Notes under the pieces: model-generated
Database searches by the model: none
Told to the model about the DNA's origin: nothing
Seen by the model: only the letters and a program-made list of their open reading frames with translations
Program-made: the position numbers and the translations under genes
Shown: positions 22,575 to 30,901 of the stretch, piece after piece
Layout: each line of letters begins with the position of its first letter
Numbering within the stretch: position 1 is the first letter of the stretch
Assembly: GCA_965248255.1 (NCBI GenBank)
Contig: CBDFIW010000002.1
Coordinates: 276,162-340,161 of the forward strand
Source of the DNA: Bryobacterales bacterium
GTDB taxonomy: Bacteria > Acidobacteriota > Terriglobia > Bryobacterales > UBA6623
Reading direction: 5' to 3'
DNA: 64,000 nucleotides

Positions 22575-23402
22575 GGCGTGTTAACACTAACGTAGGGTAT
22601 CGAAACGTAGAGCCTCGACGATGAGGGCGAAGTGGAGGAAGGCGAGGAACATGACGTCGAGCTTGTCGAAGCGGGAGAAGATGCGGCGGAATCCCTTGAG
22701 CCGTCGGAAGAGTCTCTCGATCTCGTTGCGGCGGCGATAGAGCGCTCGGTCGTATTCCCACGGCTCCAGGCGGGTGCGCCGGGGCGGCACGACGGGAATC
22801 CATCCGAAATCCAAAGCCAGTTGGCGTGTCTGATCGTCCTCATAGGCGCCGTCCATCAGCAGCGGCAGCGGCTCGGGCAGTGGCCCCAGACCACCGAGCA
22901 AGTTCGCGGCCCTGCTGGGCGTCGTGCGCTTGGCCGGGCGAGAGAGCGAAGGTTATCGCCGTTCGAGCATTTGCGGCAACCATATGAATCTTGGTGGTCC
23001 ATCCGCCGCGGGATTTGCCGATCGCTCGCGGACCGTTTTTTTAACGCGCCCGTGCCGTCGGGATGAGCCTTCACGATGGTCGAGTCCATTGACACGGCTT
23101 CGATTCGGATGCGGGCCAGCTGCTCGCGCTGCAGTTTCTCGAAGACGGCGTCGAGCACGCCGTTCTTCGACCAGCGGTTCATGCGGGTATAAATGGTGTG
23201 CCAGTTACCGAAGCGTTTAGGCAAGCCGCGCCATTTGCAGCCCTGCTCGGCGACATACAACATGGCGTTCAAAACCGTGAGGTTCGGCAGGCTCACATTG
23301 CCGCGCTGGCGGGGCAGGACCGGCTCGATGCGGCGGTATTGCTGCTCGGTGATCTCCATACCTCCGAGTATAGCAGCTTTTGCGACTTAGTGTTAACACA
23401 AC
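22575..23402 (-). mobile_element. IS5 family (IS427-like) element, copy 1, defective
   Basis: 828 bp between CTAG sites; TIR GGCGTGTTAACACT; orfA 22856-23359 (GCKWRGLPKRFGNWHTIY); A7 slip site; extra base near 22900 breaks orfB. Confidence 0.9.
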
Positions 23403-23605
23403 CTAGCCTCCGGCTCACGCCCCAACGACTTCGGACCCTTGCTCCCGGGCCGTGAGGGAGGCTTCCGTCTACCGTCTCGCAACCACCGTGGCGGACGGCC
23501 CCGCCGCTTCCCCTTCCCCCGCGCCAGAATCTCCAGCGTGCCGATCGCCTGGTTCAACAACTCGCGCTCCTGATGGAGCTCCTTCAACACCGCATGCACG
23601 TCCAT
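23393..23605 (-). CDS. Small helical protein with AT-hook-like KRRGRPP motif, putative DNA-binding, copy 1
   Basis: MDVHAVLKELHQERELLNQAIGTLEILARGKGKRRGRPPRWL; RBS AAGGAGAAG; paralog at 49901; stop codon falls within the IS5 end. Confidence 0.75.
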   Translation of the reverse strand: MDVHAVLKELHQERELLNQAIGTLEILARGKGKRRGRPPRWLRDGRRKPPSRPGSKGPKSLGREPEARLC

Positions 23606-23745
23606 GATGACCTTCTCCTTGCATGAGAAGACCACCACGGACACAGGCCCGTTAGAATGGTAACGTCGCTTTCCACGGGTCTGTGCCGTGGTGGCGAAAG
23701 GCCTCGGCGGAAGGTCTATCTTCCGTCGGGGCCGCTACCATTCTA
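23606..23745. ncRNA. Candidate structured leader or antisense RNA (three-way junction), copy 1
   Basis: TAGAATGGTA/TACCATTCTA outer repeat enclosing two hairpins; stems conserved and loops diverged relative to 49762-49900. Confidence 0.5.
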
Positions 23746-23808
23746 CCGCTTTCCCGTCCCTCCTGCTCACATTTCTCGGGAATCAAAGCGAATTCTATGA
23801 CGCCCCCG

Positions 23809-23995
23809 CAGCCCCCGAAGAGGGCGACCCAGTCAACAGCTCCGGGAGCCCAACTGAACTCCCGTCCGCAAAGCGGACACAGGACCTTAGCCCCCGAAGG
23901 GGGCGGCCCAACTAATGAACCCAGGGTGTCAACCCTGGGAAAGCAATCCACCAATCCGAAGAGAGCCCTGAAAGGGGCGACTCACCTCCCTCCCC
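23809..23995 (+). repeat. REP-like compound palindrome, family B
   Basis: GCCCCCGAAG(A/G)GGGCG twice, CCCAGGGTGTCAACCCTGGG and GCCCTGAAAGGGGCGA. Confidence 0.7.
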
Positions 23996-26032
23996 TTGAC
24001 ACCGCACTCAATCCCATGCCCTTCCGGCACACACGCACCACGACCCTCCGCCGCCCCGCGGTTCACGAATAACGGTCCGGCCTTTCATCTGTGTTCATCT
24101 GTGGTTCCTTCCTCCCCCCACTCCTCCAACTTCCGCCGCACCTTGCCGGCGTTGGGGTCTTCGATCTGCTCGTAGATCGCCAGCGCGTCTCGGGCGCGAT
24201 CGGTAGAACCTGCTCGAAGTACTCGATCGCCCGCCGCGTCTCCCCCAACTGCAAGTAGGCGCCGCCCAGGTTGCCCAGCGCCCTCCCTTCCCCATCTTTG
24301 TTGCCCAGCTTGCGGGCGGCCTTCAGCGAGCCTTCCAGCCAACGGACGCGTTCGCGCGGATGCAGGCGCAGTTCGAGCACGTAAGGGGCTACTCCGCGAA
24401 AGCCCTGTGCCAACGTGGCCGCGCGATCGTCCGAGGACGCCTGCTCCGCCGCCCAGGCCTGCCCCGTCTCGATGTGCGCCCGCTCGCGGTCGAACAAACG
24501 CAACCCTTCTAGCACACCCTCACCGCCTTTCTCGTAGGTGTCGTCGGCTTTTGAAGCGACCCTCAGGAAATGGACGGCATGCCGTCCGGCCGCGCCGTAA
24601 GCCTCTTCTTCACTCCGGCCCTTTCGGGCCAGGTCGCGCATCAGGTCGTGCAGCCGGAAGCGCTCGTCCTTAGCGTCATAGAGCACGAGGCTGCGGCCCA
24701 CCAACGTATCCAACTCCCCGTCCTTGAACTCCCCCACCGCCTCGGCCGCCGCCCTGTTGAACGGTGCTGGAAACACCGCCAGCGATCGCCAGCGCGCCAC
24801 CAGTTCCGGGGCGTCGCGTTCCAGCGCCTCGACGCTGTCGTCCAGCACAGCCATCGCGTCGCGTCCTTCAAAGTGCAGCTCCGAGCGCTTCCCTTCCACG
24901 CGCTTCAGGTAGTCACCCACCGCCAGCGCGGGCGACGCGGCCAGCCGGTTGCCCGCCACCCGCAGCGCCAGCGGCAGATCGCCGCATAGCTCGGCCAGAC
25001 TGTCGAGCTGGCCGTCTTCGGCGGGCTTGTCGCCGAGGATCGCTCGCAACAGTGCTACCGACTCGGGCCGCAGTAACTCGTCGAGGTCGACTCGCTTGAT
25101 GCCACCAAGCTGCACCGTCTGCCGCGAAGTGACCAGCAGCGCCGAGGGCGGCTTCGGCACGAGCGGCCTCACCTGCTCGCTGTCACGGGCGTTGTCGGCC
25201 AGCACCAGCACCGCCCGCTCGGCCAGCAGCCCATGGTAGAGCCCGGCGATCTGCTCGGGCTGGTCGGGCAACTTCTGCTCGGGCTCGACGGCCAGGATCA
25301 CGTTGGCCATGGCCTGCCCCGGCGCAAGCGGCTCGGCCTCGAGCCCGCGCAGGTTCACCAGCACCTGCCCGCCGGGATACAGTTCGCGCACCTCCCGCGC
25401 CACGTAGTACGCCAGCTCGGTCTTGCCGACGCCGCCCTGTCCGCCGATGGCGGTGATCCCCGCGCCCTGGCGGTTGCGCAGCCGCGCGATGAGTTGATCG
25501 GCCTGGCTCGTGCGGCCGGTGAAGTCCGCCACGGGGTCCGGCAGTTGAGGGACGATACGGGCCGTAGCGGCGGCTACTGCGGGCTGGGTCGCCACCGAAG
25601 GTCCGGGACCGAACTGCGGTGTTGATCCGGGGTGAAAATGTGCTTCCTGAATAAAGGTCATCCCCGTTGAGTCTCGGGCGTCGACGTTTGCGATAAGCCC
25701 CTGCTGCTGCCAGTAATTCTGAATCGTCGCTTCTGCCCTCGCTTGCTCAAGCAGCGCTGCTATCTCTTTGGCGAGGTGTGGGTCCGCAGCCAACAACTGT
25801 TGCAGGGGTGCGGTCAGCGCCGGGGCCGAGGGCTTTCCGTCCGCTTGTTCGGCGCTCTCTTCCAGCGCCTTGCCCCCGGGCCTCCCGCGTAGCTTGTCCC
25901 GGAGCTGTTTGCCAAACTCGACAACCTTCTCCGCCCCTTTATCCGCAGCCTTGTCGGCCACTTTGGAATGGACCCGAAAAGCGAGACCAGTAGAGAAGGG
26001 ACAATGAACCAGGGAACGGTAAGGAGGTTCGA

Positions 26033-26419
26033 TTGTCTCGAAGACGATTCACGAAGGAGTTCAAGCTGGCGGCCGTCCGGCGGCTCGAAGCCGGCGAGTC
26101 CGGCTCGGCTCTCGCGCGCGAGCTGGAGGTGAAGCGCGAAAAGCTCTACGACTGGCTGGCACAAGTCGAGCGCTACGGCGTCGAGGGAGCCTTTCCCGGC
26201 GCGGGGCGGCGTCCCGGCGGCAGCGCCCGTGTCGAGCCCGGCCACGAAGCCCAGGCCCGCCTCGCGGAGCTGGAACGCAAAATCGGCCGCCAGGCCATGG
26301 AGATTGATTTTTTGTCCGCAGCCTTGCGGCGTGTCGAGGATCTGCGCCGGCCGAGCATCGTCAGTGGAACCGGCGCGTCGCTGAGGAAGTACGGGCCGCA
26401 AGGCGGCAAGGCAACATGA
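26033..26419 (+). CDS. IS3 family transposase OrfA
   Basis: RRRFTKEFKLAAV HTH and LERKIGRQAMEIDFL; RBS AAGGAGG. Confidence 0.9.
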   Translation: MSRRRFTKEFKLAAVRRLEAGESGSALARELEVKREKLYDWLAQVERYGVEGAFPGAGRRPGGSARVEPGHEAQARLAELERKIGRQAMEIDFLSAALRRVEDLRRPSIVSGTGASLRKYGPQGGKAT

Positions 26420-27246
26420 GCACGCTGAGCACGCGCGATTTGTGCCGCTTGAGCGGACTGGCGCGAGCCAGCCTCTACCGCCAGGCCAAACCCGACAGCG
26501 AGCAGGTCGGGGAACTGCGGCAGGCCATTGTCCACGCCGCCTTGGACCATCCGGCCTACGGCACCCGGCGGACGACCCAACAGCTGCGCCGTCAAAAGCT
26601 GCTGGTCAATCGCAAGCGCGTGCAACGGGTGATGCGCGAAGAGAAGCTCTTGCGGCGACGTCGCCGCACCGTTCCGCGAACGACCGATTCGAAGCACTCG
26701 CTGCGGCGTTATGAAAACCTGACGCGCGATTTCCAACCCACGGGTCCCAACAAACTGTGGGGCTCCGATCTCAGCTACGTACGATTGGGAAACCACTTCG
26801 TCTATGTGGCGGTGGTGTTGGACGTGTATTCGCGGCGCGTGGTGGGCTGGGCCGTGGGTCCGAACCTGAAAACCGAATTGCCGCTGGCGGCGCTGCAACA
26901 AGCGTTGAGCAGCCGGCGTCCGGCGCCGGGCTGGATTCATCATTCCGATCAAGGTTCGCAGTACGCCGCGGAAGCTTATGTAGCCACCCTGCGGCAAGCG
27001 GGCGCGAGGATATCGATGAGCCGCAAGGGCTGCCCGCAGGACAACGCGTACGTGGAAAGCTTTTTCAAGACTTTGAAAAGCGAGGAAGTCGACTGCAGCG
27101 AGTATGAAAGTTTGGCCCAGGCGCAGGCCGAGATCGGCGCTTATATTGAGCGGGAATACAATCGTACGCGATTGCATTCGGCGCTGGGCTATCGGCCGCC
27201 GCAAGAGTATGAGCGGCTGTGGGAAGAGGCGGCTAACGCCGCCTGA
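26416..27246 (+). CDS. IS3 family transposase OrfB
   Basis: WGSDLSY, HHSDQGSQY, DNAYVESFFKTLKSE and RLHSALGY; ATGA overlap with orfA. Confidence 0.92.
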   Translation: MSTLSTRDLCRLSGLARASLYRQAKPDSEQVGELRQAIVHAALDHPAYGTRRTTQQLRRQKLLVNRKRVQRVMREEKLLRRRRRTVPRTTDSKHSLRRYENLTRDFQPTGPNKLWGSDLSYVRLGNHFVYVAVVLDVYSRRVVGWAVGPNLKTELPLAALQQALSSRRPAPGWIHHSDQGSQYAAEAYVATLRQAGARISMSRKGCPQDNAYVESFFKTLKSEEVDCSEYESLAQAQAEIGAYIEREYNRTRLHSALGYRPPQEYERLWEEAANAA

Positions 27247-27409
27247 GTTTTCTTAAGGCATGAGCAGATCTATCGATCCGATGGCGCAGCACAAGGCGGG
27301 ATGCGGCCTCAGTAGGCGAGCACCCCGCCCTCATCGTTGCGATGAGTCTGCGGCCGGGTATTCCTTGGTGGGTTGCTCTCCAGCAGAGCCCGCCTCCGCT
27401 TCCCCGGAT
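27244..27409 (-). ncRNA. Candidate IS3-embedded structured RNA, copy A
   Basis: Strong nucleotide conservation with 57479-57638, compensatory stem changes, upstream TAGCCA-17-CATGAT promoter (27444-27416). Confidence 0.6.
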
Positions 27410-27738
27410 GAGTTGATCATGCCCCCATTGGGCTGGATTGGCTATCCTTTTTCAGTCAACCGCGACCCGTCCCTACTTTCTTGGCCTCGCCACAGGGGTC
27501 CACTCCACTTTGTCCCCGAGCTTCTCACCGGCTTTTTGCAACAAGGCCAAGCGTAACCCAGCAACGGGGCGGCGTACTGCGCTAATTGCTCTAATGAAGC
27601 AGGGTCGATCATCGCTTCGCCGAAAAGCCGCCTCCAGTCTATCAGCGGCCCGCAACCAACACAGGCACCACCAAACGAAACCGAGCCCCGAACGCCAGTG
27701 AGGGGTAAATCCACCCATTGCAAGCAGAAACGCACAAC

Positions 27739-27996
27739 TCACTGGCGCAGCCAGCGGTGGATCGAGCGCTCGCTGACGCCGGATCGGCGGGCGGCGGCCG
27801 CGACGGAGCGGGCCGAGGGCAGGGCAAGCAAGGCCAGTTGCTTCGGCTGGGTGAGGGCCGGTTCCGGGTCGGCGGACGCCACGGAAAGCTTGTTGGCCGG
27901 CTGGAGCCAGCAGGATTTGGCAGGATGTGTCAGGATTTGACGCGGTTTTCGCGGCGATTCTAAGGATTCTTTATGTTCTTCCTGTTCTTCACTCAT
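27739..27996 (-). CDS. Short HTH protein or remnant
   Basis: SVAAAARRSGVSERSIHRWL helix-turn-helix followed immediately by a stop. Confidence 0.45.
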   Translation of the reverse strand: MSEEQEEHKESLESPRKPRQILTHPAKSCWLQPANKLSVASADPEPALTQPKQLALLALPSARSVAAAARRSGVSERSIHRWLRQ

Positions 27997-28114
27997 GGGT
28001 CACCTCGCACGGCACCGGTGCGGATCGGTGACTAGGATTTGTAACTGTGGTGTTCCACCTGCTGTCCTGTTTGGGCGATGGATCGCCGTTAGCCCGCTTT
28101 CTCACCACAAGGTC

Positions 28115-28229
28115 GTAGGGGCGGGCCCCTGCGCCCGCCCGCTGCCGCTATTGACCGCCACTGCCGCGGCAGATTCGATGACGGGCTGGTCACCCGCAAA
28201 GCGGGCCGGCACGGGGGCCGGCCCCTACA
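28115..28229. repeat. Inverted pair of GTAGGGGC REP-like palindromes (REPIN-like, family A)
   Basis: GTAGGGGCGGGCCCCTGCGCCCGCCC ... GGGCCGGCACGGGGGCCGGCCCCTAC. Confidence 0.75.
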
Positions 28230-28711
28230 GGCAAAGGGATTTCATTGCGTATACATCCCCGGGTGGTGAGAAAAGCGGGTTAGGTTTCTTCGCTTCCAGT
28301 ATAGGAGCCGATTGTGGCTGCCGCGGGGTAACTGGAGAGGTAAGTGGTTGAAAGGATGGAGGAAACTATTTTTTAAAATCTGTGACTGAAGGAGAACAAA
28401 CAGCGGGATCGGCACCCTGGGCCGACGCGGGCCTCCGGGCCGATGTCCGGTCCGAATTAGCCGCGAAGCGGCGTTGGATGTCAGGCGCGAAGCGCCTTTG
28501 GATGTCAGCCTAGGGTGAAGCCGTCTGCGGCGGAACCCTAGGTTACTGTTACAAAGCGACAGGAACCCTGAAAGGGTGATGGAACGATGGCTCACAGACT
28601 CACTCTCGACGCTGGGTCCAAGTTGTGTTTTGAACCGAGGGCCGGTGCGACGCCCTGTCAGGGCTGCAAACGTGCAGGGGCCGCGTTCCTCCTCTCAACG
28701 CTGGTGTAAAC

Positions 28712-28857
28712 TATGGACTGTCGGAAAGAAGATTGATGGTAAACGGGCAGTTGGGCGGGCATAGTTGCCCGCGGTCTACAGGGCAGACGGGCGGGCACAG
28801 GGGCCTGCCCCTACAGAGCAGAGCAGTCGGGCGGGCACGGGGGCCTGCCCCTACAGG
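28712..28857 (-). repeat. MITE family X right half followed by two more family-A REP units
   Basis: Reverse complement of 28712-28780 matches 10828-10897; GGGCGGGCAC.GGGGCCTGCCCCTACA occurs twice. Confidence 0.65.
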
Positions 28858-28860
28858 GGC

Positions 28861-30780
28861 ATGGTGGTGAATTTGTCTCTTGAGCGGTATCCCGGAAGCA
28901 GGCATCTCGGAAGCAGGCTCCGTCGGCTGGTGTGCGCGGCCGGCGTGATTGGGTTCTTCGCGGCGCTCGCGTCCGCCGCCGAGACCCTGCCCGAGCCGCA
29001 GATTGTCTCGGTCTATCCCCTGGGCGGACAGCCGGGGACCTCGTTCACGGCAACCATTCGCGGGCAGTCGATCGATGGGGCCTATGCCCTCTGGTTCGAG
29101 AGCAGCGGGATCGAGGGTGCCGTCGAGAATCTCGATGTGGAGCAGCCGCCTCCGGACGCCGCGAAGTCCAAGAAGAAAAAGAAGGAGGCCCAGCTCCTGC
29201 GAGTCCGGTTTCAGATCGGTGCCGAGGCCGAGCCCGGCGAGCACAGCTTCCGTGTGGTGACGTCGCATGGCCTGTCCAACGCCCTGAAGCTCCATCTGCA
29301 CGCTGAGCCCTCGGTCGCCGAGCAGGGCGAGCCGCACGAGTTGCCGACCGCGGCCCAGCCGGTCGCGACCCGTCCGGTGGCCGTCCACGGGCGCATCGCC
29401 GAGGTCGGCGAAGTGGACTACTACTCCTTTGCTGTACGCCAGGGCGAGGAGCTGCACTTCGAGGCTTTGTCGAGCGACCCGCTTGATCCCGCCATCGCCC
29501 TCTACGAGCTGACGGGCAGTTGGTTCAGTCCGGATCGCGCCACGCGGCTGGCTTTTCACGACGAGCCCGTGGCGTACCCGGGTCTCACGACCGAAACCGC
29601 GCTGAACTACCGGTTCGACAAGACGGGCAACTTCCTGGTCCGCGTGAACGGCTTTTGGGGCTACGGTGGCGCGGATCACTCGTACGTGCTTCGAATCTTG
29701 CCGGCTGCAAAAGATGCTGCTCCGCAGCCAGGCGAAACCCAACCGCAGGCGCCCGAGTGGCTGGAACGCACATGGACTCGCCACCTCGACACCGACCGCA
29801 TGAAGGTGCTGTGGTCGCGCTCGGTCCCGGAGTTGGCGCCGGAGCCCCCCAGTCCGGAGCCCCCCAGTCCGGAGCCCCAGAGTGAGGCAGCAAAGCGCGA
29901 AACCGAAGACCACGCGTCAAAAGGCTCCGGCCTGGCCATCCAAGAGATTCCCGTGGTGGATGCCGATGCCGAGCCGACCAAAGTCCCCGTTGAGCCACCG
30001 GTCATCCCGCTGCCGGCTCTCGTTGTGGGAACGATTGAGCGCCCGGGCGACATCGACCGGGTGCAATTCTCGGCTGAGGAGGGAGACAAGCTGATTCTGG
30101 AAGTGGAGACTCCCGACAAGACGATCCCGCTGATGAACCCGTACCTGCGCGTGGTGGATGCCGAGGGCGTCGAGGCGTTTACCAACGTTTACTCGCGGGT
30201 CAACGCCAACGGCAACATCTCGAAACTGAACCAGCCCAAGACGGCCTTCTCGTTTCCCCGTGAGGGAGACTTCACGTTGGAGATTCGGGACGTGACGGCC
30301 AGCTACGGCGACGCCGAGATGCGCTATCGCGTGCTGGTTCGCCCGCAAGTTCCTCACATGGGCGAGGTTCATGTCACACAGGACCGTTTGAATCTCGTCG
30401 CGGGCCAGGCGAAGAAGCTGAGCGTCATGACCGATCAGGAAGAGGGCTTCGACGGGTTCGTGGTGTTGTCGATCGAGGGTTTGCCCGCGGGCGTTCGGGC
30501 CGTCATGGCAACCGAGGTCGAGCCGGACAGCCCTCCGCCGTTCAACGAAGGCAAAAAAGAGCGCTTCACGACGAAAAGTAAGAAGGCGACATTCGTGTTC
30601 CTCTCCGAGCGCGACACGCCGGTGACGCAAATGCCGGTGAGAGCGAGGATCTACGCCCAGCCTGTTGTTGAGGGCCAGTTGGGCGGCCGAATCCCCGTGA
30701 AAGAATTACTCGTCATGGTGGTGCGGCAGGAGGAAGTCCTCAGCAAGAACCAGCCTCCCAAGGCTGCCGGCGGCCGGTAG
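28861..30780 (+). CDS. Secreted protein with pre-peptidase C-terminal (PPC)-like domains
   Basis: SVYPLGGQPGTSF, RVVTSHGLSN, GRIAEVGEVDYYSF and GTIERPGDIDRVQF; internal 15-bp tandem repeat (PEPPS, ~3 units) near 29838-29883. Confidence 0.7.
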   Translation: MVVNLSLERYPGSRHLGSRLRRLVCAAGVIGFFAALASAAETLPEPQIVSVYPLGGQPGTSFTATIRGQSIDGAYALWFESSGIEGAVENLDVEQPPPDAAKSKKKKKEAQLLRVRFQIGAEAEPGEHSFRVVTSHGLSNALKLHLHAEPSVAEQGEPHELPTAAQPVATRPVAVHGRIAEVGEVDYYSFAVRQGEELHFEALSSDPLDPAIALYELTGSWFSPDRATRLAFHDEPVAYPGLTTETALNYRFDKTGNFLVRVNGFWGYGGADHSYVLRILPAAKDAAPQPGETQPQAPEWLERTWTRHLDTDRMKVLWSRSVPELAPEPPSPEPPSPEPQSEAAKRETEDHASKGSGLAIQEIPVVDADAEPTKVPVEPPVIPLPALVVGTIERPGDIDRVQFSAEEGDKLILEVETPDKTIPLMNPYLRVVDAEGVEAFTNVYSRVNANGNISKLNQPKTAFSFPREGDFTLEIRDVTASYGDAEMRYRVLVRPQVPHMGEVHVTQDRLNLVAGQAKKLSVMTDQEEGFDGFVVLSIEGLPAGVRAVMATEVEPDSPPPFNEGKKERFTTKSKKATFVFLSERDTPVTQMPVRARIYAQPVVEGQLGGRIPVKELLVMVVRQEEVLSKNQPPKAAGGR

Positions 30781-30901
30781 GCCAGTGACTGACCGAACTC
30801 GCCCTCCAGCCCGCCCACCTCACGCAAGGGGTCAATCAACTCACGCCGCGGCTCTTGGGCGGACGCGGGGGCCCCCCAGGGTCACGCCTGTCCCGGTAAG
30901 T

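Larger units (their letters stand above)
25964..27507 (+). mobile_element. IS3 family element A (1544 bp, TG...CA ends, 3-bp CTT duplication)
   Basis: Ends TGGAATGGACCC and GGGTCCACTCCA; CTT at 25961-25963 and 27508-27510. Confidence 0.92.
24085..27612 (-). pseudogene. NLR-like gene (helical N-terminal domain, NB-ARC, TPR) interrupted by IS3, with an N-terminal frameshift and a probable TPR deletion
   Basis: DFTGR, GQGGVGKTELA, LVLADNA, LVTSR, DLPLAL, RLHDL and TPR ALGNLGGAYLQLGE; removing the IS3 restores in-frame KLGDKVADKAADK. Confidence 0.85.

Noticed and set aside
23403-23460. Missing 3' half of the amidohydrolase relocated by IS5-mediated inversion
   Set aside because: Joining the flanks gives GLASGSRP, with no expected metal-binding His or later amidohydrolase motifs
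23660-23740. tRNA gene (structured sequence ending in ACCA)
   Set aside because: No TTCG T-loop, D-arm or cloverleaf; the CCA is part of an inverted repeat
24084-24106. CACAGATGAA tandem repeat (minus strand) as a functional element
   Set aside because: Only two units and a single occurrence in the window; insufficient evidence
27260-27556. IS3 passenger protein (also ORFs 57310-57639 and 57380-57841)
   Set aside because: Start and frame are not conserved between the two elements, while nucleotides and base pairing are
28745-28860. CRISPR array from tandem palindromic repeats
   Set aside because: Only 2-3 units with spacers of about 8-14 nt, matching the dispersed REP family; no cas genes
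28711-29913. Long antisense ORFs such as this one, 17513-18589, 55057-56136 and 61360-62535
   Set aside because: Shadow frames of well-supported genes, expected in high-GC DNA
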